Counted from the first letter of the whole stretch, positions 12,950 to 25,450 are shown. The stretch is 62,986 nucleotides of DNA, filler included, from Octopus bimaculoides (GCF_001194135.2; 7 parts of 7 records of this genome joined end to end with filler, not necessarily neighbours in it), one strand, 5' to 3'. Made by a program: numbers and translations. Notes: a model not told the origin generated them from the sequence alone.

Positions 12950-13252
12950 ATTTTATTATTTATTTATGCGCCCTTTTAAAGCGTAGCCAGTCTCATGGGC
13001 CCGGTTTCCCGGTTTCTATGGTGTATGTGTCCCCCCCCCGCACTAGCTGGACGGGACGAAACAGGAAGAAAGAGTGAGAGAAAGTTGGAGTGAAAGAGTA
13101 CAACAGGGGTCGCCATCTCCCTCTGTCGGAGCCTCGTGGAATTTTAGGTGTTTTCGCTCAATAAGCACACACAACGCCCGGTCTGGGAATCGAAACCGCG
13201 ATCCTCCGACCACGAGTCAGCTGCACTAACCACTGGACTATTGCGCCTCCAC
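12950..13252 (-). mobile_element. SINE family A head with an alternative 3' tail; 9-bp TSD AATGGTAGA
   Basis: Head matches 19849-20235; aatggtaga at 12941-12949 and 13253-13261. Confidence 0.85.
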
Positions 13253-13304
13253 AATGGTAGAGTAGCGGTGTCTTAAAGTTTAGGCGGGATTATATTTATT
13301 TTTT

Positions 13305-14165
13305 ATATTTTGCATGCTTCAGTCATTGGACTGCAGCCATGTTGGGGCACGATATGGAAAGGTTTAATCGATCAAATCTACTGGTCATTTAATTCATCAA
13401 CCCTTAAAGCATGAAATATAAAGTTGATGTCGGAGGAATTTGGACTTAGAATCAGAACAAGTACCGCAAGCTATTTTTTTTTTTTTTTTTTGCTCAACAT
13501 TTTACTAATTCAACAATCCTAAAGAGAACTATTCAGCACAAAACCGTCGATTCCAGGACTAGACTGGTTCTTTATTTTATCGACCCCGAAAGGATGAAAG
13601 GTAAAGTTAACCTCGGCAGAATTTGAACTGAGAATGTGTATAGACTGAATGAATATCGGTTTCCCATTTCCCAACAATTTCTAGAGAAGGAGTAAGTCAA
13701 TTCCATCGGCCGCAGTGCATAACTAGTACTTATTTTATCGATCCCGAAAGAATGAAAGGTAAAATCAAGCTTGACGAATTTGAACTCTGAACGTAAAAAC
13801 GGACGAAAGGCCACTAAGCATTTTGTCCGGCGTGCTAATGATTCTGCCAGCTCGCCTTCTTTTAGTGTGAACAAATATCGCAAGGCACACTCTAAAGGCT
13901 CTGCCATTCCACCGCGCCTTAAGAGCGATGGATATAAAGGGTTCTAATTTTGTCACAAGGCCGGCAATGTTGAAGGCAGGAGGTGAGTTGTTACCATCGA
14001 ACCTAGAACTTGATAAATATTCTCATGTTGTCGACCCCGGAGGAAAAGTATATGATGAATATAAACAGTCGGACATAAATTCTTTGAAACCAGGACGTAA
14101 ACCGGACGAAATGTTGCCAAACATTTTGTCTGGCGTGTTAACAATTCTGGCATCTAACCGCCTTC
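13305..14165 (-). mobile_element. cluster of SINE B tail and several SINE Y copies
   Basis: Repeated tttatcgaccccgaaaggatgaaagg...aatttgaact motifs at about 13575, 13735 and 14030. Confidence 0.75.
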
Positions 14166-14604
14166 TTGTACCCTAATTCAGAATCGTGACGGTGCGTCGA
14201 TCAAACAATAAAACCACACGTCATCGAAGCTGACGGCCAGCCATTTATAGTAATGATCTAATGAACAAAGAGATTTACGATAAATTTTTCATTCATTGTC
14301 TGTTGTTTTTCCTCTTGTCAACTCATCAATTTCGATTGATGCCGGAATCTAAAACCTGTTACAAAACTGTAAATGCAGCGGATTTTCAGGTCATCAACGA
14401 TTGAGTCAAGTACTGTAATGCATCTTATTAATCATAGTTCCGTTAGTGACAGGAAATAAAGCCTTATAAATATGTCTTTGAATTTTTCCTCTGTCGGTTA
14501 GTAATTAGCTGGGAATGGTTTCAAGATTTTACTAAAGTATTAAATGATCAGTTCATCCATCATTTTATGATTACTCGCTGGTCTGGCGACAAACTAGATT
14601 AGTC

Positions 14605-14750
14605 GTGAGCAAACTGCAGCTCGCGGGACTTTCTGAATGATATGCCTAAACGAAAAATTATCTTGATTTTTTTTAGTAGTGCGGCCCACTTGATGATGAT
14701 CCATGTCTCCTGTGGCCCGCTTCGTGAAAAAGGTTGCCTATGCTTGTACT
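14605..14750 (-). mobile_element. short MITE-like repeat, same family as 27222-27362
   Basis: Reverse strand ggcaacctttttcacgaagcgggcc...catcatca..gggccgcactac...aagataatttttcg matches the 27222 copy. Confidence 0.6.
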
Positions 14751-15940
14751 TTTGCCCGCTTTGTCTTTGTCCATCGTCTTAAATTACATTTTTGTTTTTA
14801 CTTTCTTGTGTCCACTCTGTGTCGTTTTGTTTGTCAGGCCCGATTCTCTGCATCTTTTGCAAGCACCGCCAACATGGAAAGCCCCCCCCCCAGTCTTATC
14901 ATTAAAGGCGCGAAACCATCCTGGTTGATGAAGAATTAGGGACCCTCTGTGTCTTATATGTTTTTTTTTATCTGTCATTGTTTATTTACAATGCATTTCT
15001 TCACTTATTAGTAACGGTACGCAATACACACCAGACGTTTATTAATACCGCCCTCACATCCTGGTCAGTGGGTGCAAGCGTTCGGGTCCAGGTCACCGAT
15101 TTTGAGAGTACCTCCCTCTCTCTCCCTTTTTCTCTCTCTTCCTCCTTTCGAACAACCTTGGAAGCCCTGTAAAAGGGTCAAAGACATTGCCCTTCCCTCC
15201 TGACTAAGCGATGGANNNNNNNNNNNNNNNNNNNNNNNNNNNNNNNNNNNNNNNNNNNNNNNNNNNNNNNNNNNNNNNNNNNNNNNNNNNNNNNNNNNNN
15301 NNNNNNNNNNNNNNNNNNNNNNNNNNNNNNNNNNNNNNNNNNNNNNNNNNNNNNNNNNNNNNNNNNNNNNNNNNNNNNNNNNNNNNNNNNNNNNNNNNNG
15401 CCAGGCAGCCAGGCATGCAGTCAGGCAGTTCAGTGTCAATGTGTTTCTTATTAAAGCAAGCTGTCTTCCGTTTTGACTCCCGAACCTGCTTGCTGCCAAT
15501 TGCCGCTTCACACTGTATAAAATACTGCAAATGGTTGAGATGTTTGGCATTCCTCGATTTCGTCATTCCTTTCATGTAATTTCATCAACGGAACTTCCCT
15601 GTGTAACCTTTCGGTTAAAAGCTGCTAAACATCCCGATTGTGTCAGCGCTGACAGACATTCATTCCTGGATATGATCTCTGATCCAAACGATTTTGGGAT
15701 TCTTCACTAACTTAATGAACTGAACTCGTTTGTGTTTGTGTATGTGTGTGTGTGTATGTGTATGTGCATGTTTGTGTATAAGTAAGAGAGAGAGAAAGAA
15801 AAAGAGAGACAGACAGACAGACAGGCAGGCAGAGGGAGAGTTTGTGCGTGCGTGTGTGTTTGTGTTTTATGTGACAATGAGTATGCGCGTGTGCGAATGG
15901 GATAGTGATTGTATGAACGTGTATGTAAATATGTCTGTCA

Positions 15941-15974
<34 letters not shown>

Positions 15975-15984
15975 CTTTTATCGC

Positions 15985-16394
15985 TTAAATTTTACTCGTT
16001 TCACTCATTGGACTGCAGCAATGCCTCGAAGGATGTTTTAGTCGAACAAATCAACCCTAGTACTTATTTTTAAGCCTGATACTTATTGCATCTGGTATTT
16101 TTTGCCGAACCTTTAAATCACGGGTTGCCAAGCGGTGGAGGGGTACAAACAGAAATATATATGTATGTGTGTGTATATGTTTGTGTGTCTGTGTTTGTCC
16201 CCCCAACTTCACTTGACAACCGAGGCTGGTGTGTTTACGTCGCCGTAACATTAGCGGTTCGGCAAAAAGAGATCGATAAAATAAGTACTAGGCTTACAAA
16301 GAATAAGTCCTGGAGTCGATTTGCTCGACTAAAAAGGCCGTGCTCCAGCATGGCTGCAGTCAAATGACTGAAACAAGTAAAAGAGTAAAAGAGT
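15985..16394. mobile_element. two SINE B 3' halves in inverted orientation
   Basis: Minus copy about 15985-16150, plus copy about 16190-16394 ending gaaacaagtaaaagagtaaaagag. Confidence 0.8.
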
Positions 16395-16603
16395 ATATCT
16401 CAAAAAAAAGTCGTTTCAAACACGACATTCCTCAGTAATCTAAATTTCCGCAATTAAGGCTAATGAAATATTTAATGGCTGTATCTAATTTCCGTAGGGA
16501 AAAGTTTTAACACTGTACATACAGAACAAATACAAAGATAACTGGCTTCTATTTCTAACACGATATGCAACCACATTGAGCCTGCTTCATTTCCCCGCCT
16601 TAC

Positions 16604-16643
16604 CTCTTCACTCTTGTCTACAAGTTGCTCCATGTGATGTGTT
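16604..16643 (-). CDS. candidate coding exon 2 (40 nt, THHMEQLVDKSEE)
   Basis: Acceptor tattttttaattatag, donor GAG|gtaagg; single open frame; phase-2 join to 17445-17545. Confidence 0.65.
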
Positions 16644-17444
16644 CTATAATTAAAAAATATTTTGTTCCCTGCTCTGAACACAGCATAAATTTCAGGTGAC
16701 CATTCAGCAGACGACTGCTTAGCCTCTGATACTCGTTGCTGGACGGATTAAATTTATGTAGGTAGATGGTGGTGGTGGTGGTGGTGGTGGTGGTGAGGAT
16801 GTGAGTTTGGTGGCGGAGGAAACCTGGTGAAGGGGCGGGAGGGATATTTATCATTGCACGATGGCAGTTAGTCACTGTGTTAACGGTGTGTTGGATCGAT
16901 CATCGGAAGCGATGGAAATAGATATATGCAGGTATGTATGTATGAATGTATGTATGTATGTACGTACGTACGTACGTACGTACGTACGTACGTACATATA
17001 TATACCTCGCTCAGATATTATATATATATNNNNNNNNNNNNNNNNNNNNNNNNNNNNNNNNNNNNNNNNNNNNTTAATTAATTAANNNNNNNNNNNNNNN
17101 NNNNNNNNNNNNNNNNNNNNNNNNNNNNNATGCTCAACTATAGCTCTGCTCACCGACCACGACTTCCTGAGTACAGACATTCTATCTCCTTGTGGAATTT
17201 TAATACGAACTGGTTTTCTCTATCTCAGTGTTTTAGGACTTTTCGCAGTCTATACTACAGATACTTTTACTATGTTCTGTGTTTTTTCTCACACACACAC
17301 TTGTGCACTCATATATTTTCTTTCCTTTCAGAAAGAACAAAAAATCAGACTTTTACATCGCGTGATTCCAGTTTCCTGGACAGTTGTCATCACGGTTGTT
17401 TTGTCATTGTCATTTCATTTATACATTGCATGCATGTATCTCAC

Positions 17445-17545
17445 AAGTGTACATCCATTTCTTTGATTCTTCTTTGTGTGTTTGTACCACATCTTGTGGG
17501 TGGTTTCGGTGGCCATCCTGCCTCAGGCGTTCCAACAGATTTCAT
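17445..17545 (-). CDS. candidate first coding exon (MKSVGTPEAGWPPKPPTRCGTNTQRRIKEMDVH)
   Basis: ATG at 17545, donor CTT|gtgaga; TT+A gives an in-frame Leu into exon 16604-16643; about 50 nt downstream of a promoter-like motif pair. Confidence 0.5.
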
Positions 17546-17574
17546 ATTATCGTGCGTTTCCGCACTGGCAAGGG

Positions 17575-17620
17575 AGCCCTGTAGTAACGCCGTGCGCATG
17601 CGTAGTCTCACGCATGCGTG
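17575..17620. promoter_or_regulatory. candidate core promoter with two NRF1-like GCATGCG palindromes
   Basis: TGCGCATGCGTA at 17593-17604 and CACGCATGCGTG at 17609-17620 in CpG-rich unique sequence; metazoan NRF1 consensus is YGCGCATGCGCR. Confidence 0.45.
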
Positions 17621-18129
17621 GAATTCAACAAGCAAGCTTTCCCCGCTTCATTCTGTCTCTTTCTTGCTGGCCAGCGATTGAGCATGAACGTGTTTGGCTG
17701 TCTCTCTCCATCTTTCGAACTTACGCTCGGCAGCCCGCTTACATCTACATACCAACGTCCCAACAACCATGCTTACACACACAGAAGCTGTAACAACAAA
17801 CAAGAGCTAAAGATGTATATATTTACCACCTGAATAAATGTTGTTTAAGTTGATAGTCTGGAGTTCAGCGTTCCGTTATATTCTAAATATTATATAGGAA
17901 AGTCAGGTATACATCTAATGATGTATAACCAACTTTCCTATACTGTTATTGAAGAATTACGACTATTTCCTACCTCAATGTGACAATAAACAAAAGGACG
18001 AAAAACAAAAACAGTCGCATTGGTTCTTTTCTCAGCGATAGCAATAAATTAGCAGTAATAAACCGGGGTCTTGTTGGGAGATATGTATCTCGTTCTAGCC
18101 ATAATAAACTGATCTCGTGATTAGAAAAA

Positions 18130-18301
18130 GATATATGTGTGTATGTGTGTGTATGCACGTATGCATGGATGTGTGTATGAGTGCATGCATATATACGTAT
18201 GTTTGTATGTATGTATTTATGTAAAGGAACTTTTATTTATATGCGTTTTGCTCCATTTATTGTTATCATTCATATGTATTTATGTATGTATCTCTCTGTC
18301 T

Positions 18302-18369
<68 letters not shown>

Positions 18370-18470
18370 ATATATATGTATGTATGTGTATATATATATG
18401 TATGTGTGTGTGTGTGTGTATGTGTATGTGTACGTATGTATAGTACACGCGCACACACACACACGGACAC
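18130..18470. repeat. compound (GT)/(TA)/(TATG) microsatellite
   Basis: Direct reading. Confidence 0.95.
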
Positions 18471-18944
18471 ACAATCGATTTATATCAGTACGAAGAATAT
18501 CAAACATTTTTCTTCGTGAAAACAAAATAACGAAGCGCTTTCTTTAAGGAAGGATGATCTATAATGAAGAGAAATATTGCACCAGTTCATCAAATATCAT
18601 AGTGACAGGCGAACAGAAATGATAATCGATCTTTTAATCTATTTTAGAAACATATATATTAGGATATTTTGGCAGCTGTAGCATTTCTGAATTATTCTAA
18701 CGATATGTCATGTTCTCAAAATAAATAGCCAACCTACTATTTTATCTGTTGTAATATATTTCAACGAAATCCGAGCACTTTCTTCCTAATGGCTTCGTCA
18801 GAAAGTGTATTATTATTTCATTACTAACGATGCAATCATCGTTAAAAATGGACTGTGACTAGAAAACGTAGCCGTATGCGGTGGAATATGAAATAAGAAG
18901 CCGACAAACCGAGACGGAGATGCGCTTTCAAATACTTAGTCTAA

Positions 18945-19033
18945 ATTTTTGCTTGGCTGAACCGCTAAGCTACAGGGACGTAAACACACTAAAACCAGTT
19001 GTCAAGCGGTGATGGGGGACAAACACAGACAGT

Positions 19034-19066
<33 letters not shown>

Positions 19067-19222
19067 CGGGCTTCGTTGAGTTTCCGTCCACCAAATACAC
19101 ACACACAGCTTTGTTCGGCCCGTGGCTATAGTAGAAGACACTTGCCCAAGGTGCCAAACAGTAGGACTGAACCCGGAACCATGTGGTTGAGAAGCGAGCT
19201 TCTTACTACACAGCCACCCTTG
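18945..19222 (-). mobile_element. SINE family B
   Basis: ccgaaccgctaag..gggacgtaaacac...tatagtagaagacacttgcccaagg...gaacccggaaccatgtggttg. Confidence 0.85.
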
Positions 19223-19257
19223 AATATGTATAAATGTGCGCGTGTGTGTGTGTATGT

Positions 19258-19293
<36 letters not shown>

Positions 19294-19757
19294 ACATACA
19301 CACACTTACACACACACACAAACACACATATATAAGCACGCCTAAATACATAAATACATAACTCATGGACAGAAACGTAGAACTAAAGTGATAATAGATA
19401 AATGAGTTACGAGATGTAAATTTGTCTGTCAGCCACCTCCAATACAGAAAGCTGCGTAACCTAAATTAATTCGTTAGATAAGTCTAAATATCCGAACTAG
19501 CTTTCAAATGTCATTTAAAAGTTCAACACGGTTATTGATGGGGTTGGGGCATCTATAAAGATGTATACAAGTCCACTGAAGATTAAATTATAAGGAAAGC
19601 ATTGACCTATGTAGAAGAATATCAGAATCAGTCATAAAGTTGATAACCTATTTAAGAATGATCTCTCGAGAATGACACCTATACGCGTGTGTGTTAGTGC
19701 AACAGTGTAGAGTCGAGCTATGCTTTAGAGCGACTCTTCATGCTCTACTGTGTTGAA

Positions 19758-20503
19758 CAGTGGTTCTCATCCGGGGTCCATATAAGATTGCGTGGTGGTA
19801 GGGAGTCACGCAACAAAATAGTAAATTGGGGATCTACAATAGTATTTTGTTGTTGTTGGCACTCCGTCGCTTACGACGTTGAGGGTTCCAATTGATCCGA
19901 TCAACGGAACAGTCTGCTCGTGAAATTAACGTGCAAGTGGCTGAGCACTCCACAGACACGTGTACCTTTAACGTAGTTCTCGGGGATATTCAGCGTGACA
20001 CAGTGTGACAAGGCTGACCCTTTGAATTACAGGCACAACAGAAACAGGAAGTAAGAGTGAGAGAAAGTTGTGGTGAAAGAGTACAGCAGGGTTCGCCACC
20101 ATCCCCTGCCGGAGCCTCGTGGAACTTTAGGTGTTTTCGCTCAATAAACACTCACAACGCCCGGTCTGGGAATCGAAACCGCAATGCTATGACCGCGAGT
20201 CCGCTGCCCTAACCACTGGGCCATTGCGTCTCCACACAATAGTATTTTAAGATCCCTTGAAAAGAAAACTTGTTTTAGATATGTGTATTGGTATGTATTG
20301 CAAGAATCAGTTGGGTTTCTTTTACTGATGTTTTATATAGTTCAACCTTACACAAGTTGAGTGAAAAACAAAATAGGAATTTTGAAAGAAGTTTCTATGA
20401 AACTAGTTTTTAAACATCGAATGGCAACAGGGGTGCACCAGAATAAAGCAGTAACCAAAGGGGTCAATAGATGAAAAAAAAAAAAATTGGTAGAGAACCC
20501 CTG
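19758..20503. mobile_element. hAT-like MITE interrupted by a SINE
   Basis: Ends cagtggttctca...gagaacccctg are hAT/Charlie-type TIRs; TSD degenerate. Confidence 0.65.
19849..20235 (-). mobile_element. full-length SINE family A; 13-bp TSD ACAATAGTATTTT
   Basis: tRNA-like head ggagacgcaatggcccagtggttagggc...ggtttcgattccc, (AAC)n tail; TSD at 19836-19848 and 20236-20248. Confidence 0.92.
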
Positions 20504-20719
20504 GGGTAGAGCATAGTTTTGCTGTTGCTGTCTTACTCCATTGGTTTTCTTTCGTTCAGACATAATGTATATAGGACTACATTTTGCAATGTTTCTTTCC
20601 TTTTATGTCATGATAGGGTTTTATTTGAAGGGAATTAAGCTCTTATATATCGCAGGTCAAGCGACTTCACCTAGCCCTCACGCTGACTCATATTCACAAA
20701 CCTGTTCTTTTATTCTTTA

Positions 20720-21328
20720 TTCTCTTATTTGTTTCAGTCGTTAGACTGCAACCATGCTGGGGCACCACCTCGAACTTTTCGTTGAATGAATCGACCCCCA
20801 GGATTTATTTTTTTAGGCTTGGTACTTATTCTATCGGTTCCTTTTGCCGAACCGCTATGTTACGGGGGCGCAAACACGCCGACAGCGGTTGTCAAGCAGT
20901 AGTGGGGGGGACAAACACAAGCACAAAGGCACACACACTCACAGATATACATACATATATACATATACAACGGATTTCTTTCAATTTCCGTCGGCCTGAG
21001 GCTATAGTAAGACTCTTGATCAAGATGCCACGCAATGGGACTGGACTCGGAACCATGTGGTTCCAAAGCAAGTTTCTTACCACGCTGGCACGCTTGTTGA
21101 CTATATATTTTATCTACTTTTTAACTTTTACTTGTTTCAGTCACCAATGTGCGGCCATGCTGGGGCACTGCCTTGAGGAATTTTTAGTCGAACTAATCGA
21201 CTCCACTACTTATTTCTTTCTTAAATCTGGTACTTATTCCATCGTTTTTTTTTGCCGAAACGCTAAGTTACGGGGACGTAAACACACCAACACCGGCTGT
21301 CAAGCGGCAGTGGGGGACAAACACAGAA

Positions 21329-21394
<66 letters not shown>

Positions 21395-21560
21395 ACGGCA
21401 GGCTTCTTCGAATTTCCGCCTACGCAATCCACTCACAAGACTTTGGTTGGCTTCGTGCTATAGTAGAAGACACTTTCTCAAGGTGCTAGGTGGTAGAAGT
21501 GAGCCCGGAACCATGGGGTTGGGAATCAAACTTCTTACCACACAGCTGCACTTGCGTCTA
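20720..21560 (-). mobile_element. two tandem diverged SINE B copies
   Basis: Both contain ggtacttattc.atcg...ttgccgaa.cgcta.gttacgggg. Confidence 0.8.
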
Positions 21561-21646
21561 CATACACACATACATACATACATACATACATACATGCATA
21601 CATACATACATATATACATACATACATGCATACATACATACATGCA

Positions 21647-21704
<58 letters not shown>

Positions 21705-21790
21705 NNNNNNNNNNNNNNNNNNNNNNNNNNNNNNNNNNNNNNNNNNNNNNNNNNNNNNNNNNNNNNNNNNNNNNNNNNNNNNNNNNNNNN

Positions 21791-21844
<54 letters not shown>

Positions 21845-22429
21845 TGTGTGTATGTATGTATGTACATATTTATACACCTATGTATGTACGTATTTATGTA
21901 TGTATGCATGTATGTATGTACGTATGAATGTGCATTTGGAGAGAGAAAGAAGGAGAAATAGGAGACTACCTGGCCTGAGCTGTTCAATTAGTGCCACTAG
22001 TCCAATCATTGAATGAAAAATCGTTAACTGCGATGCTAAATGCACCGAAATAACTCTTCGTACGGTGGTTACGTTCTCTGATGAGATTTGATATTGGAAA
22101 TTGTTTTACAGTTATTAAATAAGAATTGAAACAACAATTTAATCATAACCAATTATTTAGTTAAATAAATCGTTTAAGAATAATAAGCAATTAAAATACT
22201 CATATGGTTATATACTGTGTATTATATGTTGTGTATGTTATATATTCTGATTTATAGTTATATATGTCTACACGCACACATACACACTCATGCGCACACA
22301 CACACGTACACATTTACTGATTACATACATGCATACATACATACAAATGCACATGTATGTATGTATGGTAGTGTGTGTGTTTGTGTGTGTATGTAGGAGA
22401 CATCCTACTAGTTATATGTAAGACCATAG

Positions 22430-23095
22430 ATCTGGCCCCAGAAAATCTGTCTTGTTGGCAGAGACTGGCAGAGACTGGCAGAGACTGGCAGAGACTGGCA
22501 GAGCCCCACATGTGAATGAGTGCCCAAACTGCAGGGATTGCATTTGACAGCACTCCCCTCCAGTCTTGTTTTGATACCATTTCTGTCGGTTTTGCTTTAG
22601 TTGATCAGCAAGCTTCAGCCCCTACCTTCATCCTTTAAATTCCAAATTTAGTTCTAGTCTTCAGTAGGAGTGATGACCAATAATGTTCTCCCACATTTTA
22701 AAATCCATGTAAAGAGATTTCATGTCTCTCTTGCAGAGAACTTTGGAACGAAGGCTGTTTTGCTGGAGGCCAGTTCTGCCCATACAGAAGCTCTTTAGCG
22801 GCATTCCCATTTCACCTGTAGCGTACGTGGTCCAACCAGCAGAGATGTTGTCACTGTAGAATGAGGAAGCTTGATATCTAAGGTGAGCCAGGACCTTTGT
22901 GTTAATGACTCAGTCAGGCTCCTTAATGTTCAGAATCCACTTGGGGCTGCGTGGATGGAAGGTGCTGAGATGCACCTTGTTTAGTTCTGCAGACTGCAAC
23001 GTTTGTATGCAGCGTTAGGTTACTATTCTCTCAAACTCTCGTTGTCAGCCTAGCGAGTTTCGTGACAGCTCTCTCAATATACTTATTGATGTCAT
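22430..23095 (-). mobile_element. decayed RTE-clade LINE 3' fragment
   Basis: Reverse translation EDDINKYIERAVTKLARLTTRV*ENSNLTLHT...CWLDHVR...KELLYG resembles the RTE C-terminal region; many stops. Confidence 0.65.
22447..22505. repeat. 10-bp tandem repeat (CTGGCAGAGA), about 4.5 units
   Basis: Direct reading. Confidence 0.9.
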
Positions 23096-23504
23096 CCTCC
23101 ATATATATATATATATATACTTACACACACACACACACATATACACATGCATGCATGCGCAAGTATCTTTATGTACAGAATTTTGACATTCCTGGAGGTA
23201 TATTAAAACTAAATTAAACACTATCTGATAAAGAACTTAGAGTCAAATATCCTTTTAAACTAGTTTTTCAATACATATATACATACGTACATATATAGAT
23301 ACAATATGCACACATACGCACACACACACAAACACACACACACACATGCAAGCACACAGACACACACATATTCAAATATGAAATAGAAGGTGCACTAGTG
23401 TAACAAGCATTCTCGATCACACATACTAAACATTCCCACGCAATGTGTTTGCCGGCAGGCTGCAATTAGTCACTCAAAGCGTGGTGTTAAGGTAAGTGTG
23501 GTTG

Positions 23505-23587
<83 letters not shown>

Positions 23588-23831
23588 AAAAATATGGAGT
23601 CAACAAGAAAGAGTACGGTCGGACATTTATTTTCAATCACGACAATTGTTTCTATGCGACGTAGTTCTCCAGGCGTGCAAGTACCTGATTATGCAACCGT
23701 TTCTTTGCATTATGAGATCTAGTTATGTTCCTACCAGTGATACATAATATTGTCTCCGTAAGTTCAAATAGTCGGTTTCAAGAGCCTCCTCTCGGTATGT
23801 CGTGGCCTGGAGTTAGTAGTAGCCTCTGGGT

Positions 23832-23901
23832 TTATCAAAAGTGTATTGTTGCTGAAGGACCGTTGGCCAACGGTCCTTCAGCAACAGTACACCTTTGATA
23901 A
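23832..23901. repeat. 70-bp spacerless palindrome
   Basis: ttatcaaaagtgtattgttgctgaaggaccgttgg|ccaacggtccttcagcaacagtacacctttgataa; 33 of 35 positions complementary. Confidence 0.95.
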
Positions 23902-24944
23902 TAAATGTCCAAGCGTACTCCTTGTTGACTCAATTTTTTTTCAATTTGCCCAAACGTAAATCTGGAAGTACGAATAATACTACTACGGATAGCACAAGGT
24001 GAAATGTGAAGGTGGACGAGCTTTATACTGTACTCTACTTCGTTCTTAACAGAATATACTATACACTATATATATATGTATCGCATTTATACACATGCCT
24101 ATGAAATAATATATCTTGTGTCCTCGTATGCAATAGGAAAACAATATTATTTTCCTACTGGGAAATTATAGTGTGTGATAGAACGAAAAAGCATTCTTAC
24201 ATAGGACTATGCGTGAACAAACATAAGCGATAAGTAATCAATAGATGATTACGTTTTTATACATTTGTTTCCTTCAGTATGATATTTTACCACTTGCTTT
24301 GCAATTGAGTTTCGAAGAACAACACAGTATTCTCATCAACTCGGTTGTTATCTGTCAGAGCGTATGAATTATTAAATAAACCTTCAATTCGCTTAAGAGA
24401 AATTAGCAACAATGACCAAGCGATCTTAATCAATTCGAAGAACTCTAAGTATTGCATGTGATCTCAACTTTCAGCATCTAGTGGATGTTCATGAATGATT
24501 AAGCAGTTAACAAGACCCTTGCTAATTGTAATCATGTGAAATTAGCTGAAGAAAGAATAATCAGTCAATAACGTGATCCGGAGTGATATTATAGGTGACC
24601 TTTTGTCGTTTCTAGATAGTAAAGTATTTAGAACAATTAACATTTCTATTATATCAGCACAGTATGAACCTTGATAGTTACAACAACTATTATGAGTGGT
24701 CTTTTCTGGACATCATTATAATTATACGCCATGATAATAAACAGACGTTCTACTGACAGCAGGGAGTGGTGGACATAGAAAGATAACTACAAATGCGCCA
24801 GTCCTATGTTTATACCAAAGCTGTGAATATGCACATAGTGTTAAACATTGAATTAAAATTCTACGTATTCGTGCAACTGAAATTGTATGCTCTGCATTTC
24901 TGGACTCGATTTGTAATAACACTGCGGTGGTGATGGGGATGATT

Positions 24945-25450
24945 ATCGTCGTCATCATTGTTGTCGCCCTTGTTATTTAATCCAGGGTCGTCTTTGATAG
25001 TCAGAACTATGACTATGATTAAACGCATTGCAATCGTGACCATTCCATCTGTTTTGGTATATAACTGACTATATTATCTAATGTGGCATATTCTTATTTA
25101 AGATCGGATGGTGTTACTCGAGGAAGATTTTGCAGCTATTTCAAGTAGACTGACTGATCAAGTGCAGACTCTCTCTTAGGTTGAAAAATACTGTTGCACT
25201 TTCTTACAGCAGATGTAGGAGAATGATTCATTTTTATTACCGTCATTATATTAGTAAGGATCAAATGGTGGCGGATTGGCGTCGGACAAAACACCTTGTG
25301 ATATTTTCTTCTGGATCTTTGTATTCTGAGTTCAAATATCATCGAAGCCAGCAATATCCTTCATCCTTTGTGGTTAATACAACAAAGCGCCAGTCAAATC
25401 CTGGAGTTGATCTAACCAATTAACTCTTTCCCAAATATGTGACTTTATGC
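24945..25450 (+). repeat. composite repeat X-linker-SINE Y; left copy of an inverted duplication
   Basis: Shares ctctcttaggttgaaaaatactgttgcactttcttacagcagatg..ggagaatgattc with the reverse strand of 29504-29905. Confidence 0.8.

Noticed and set aside
17074-17085. TTAATTAATTAA centred in 100-bp N blocks (also 36955, 43588, 52827, 55401, 60779), superficially a regularly recurring motif
   Set aside because: Identical 44N-12-44N layout each time; an artificial all-frame-stop scaffold spacer, not biological.
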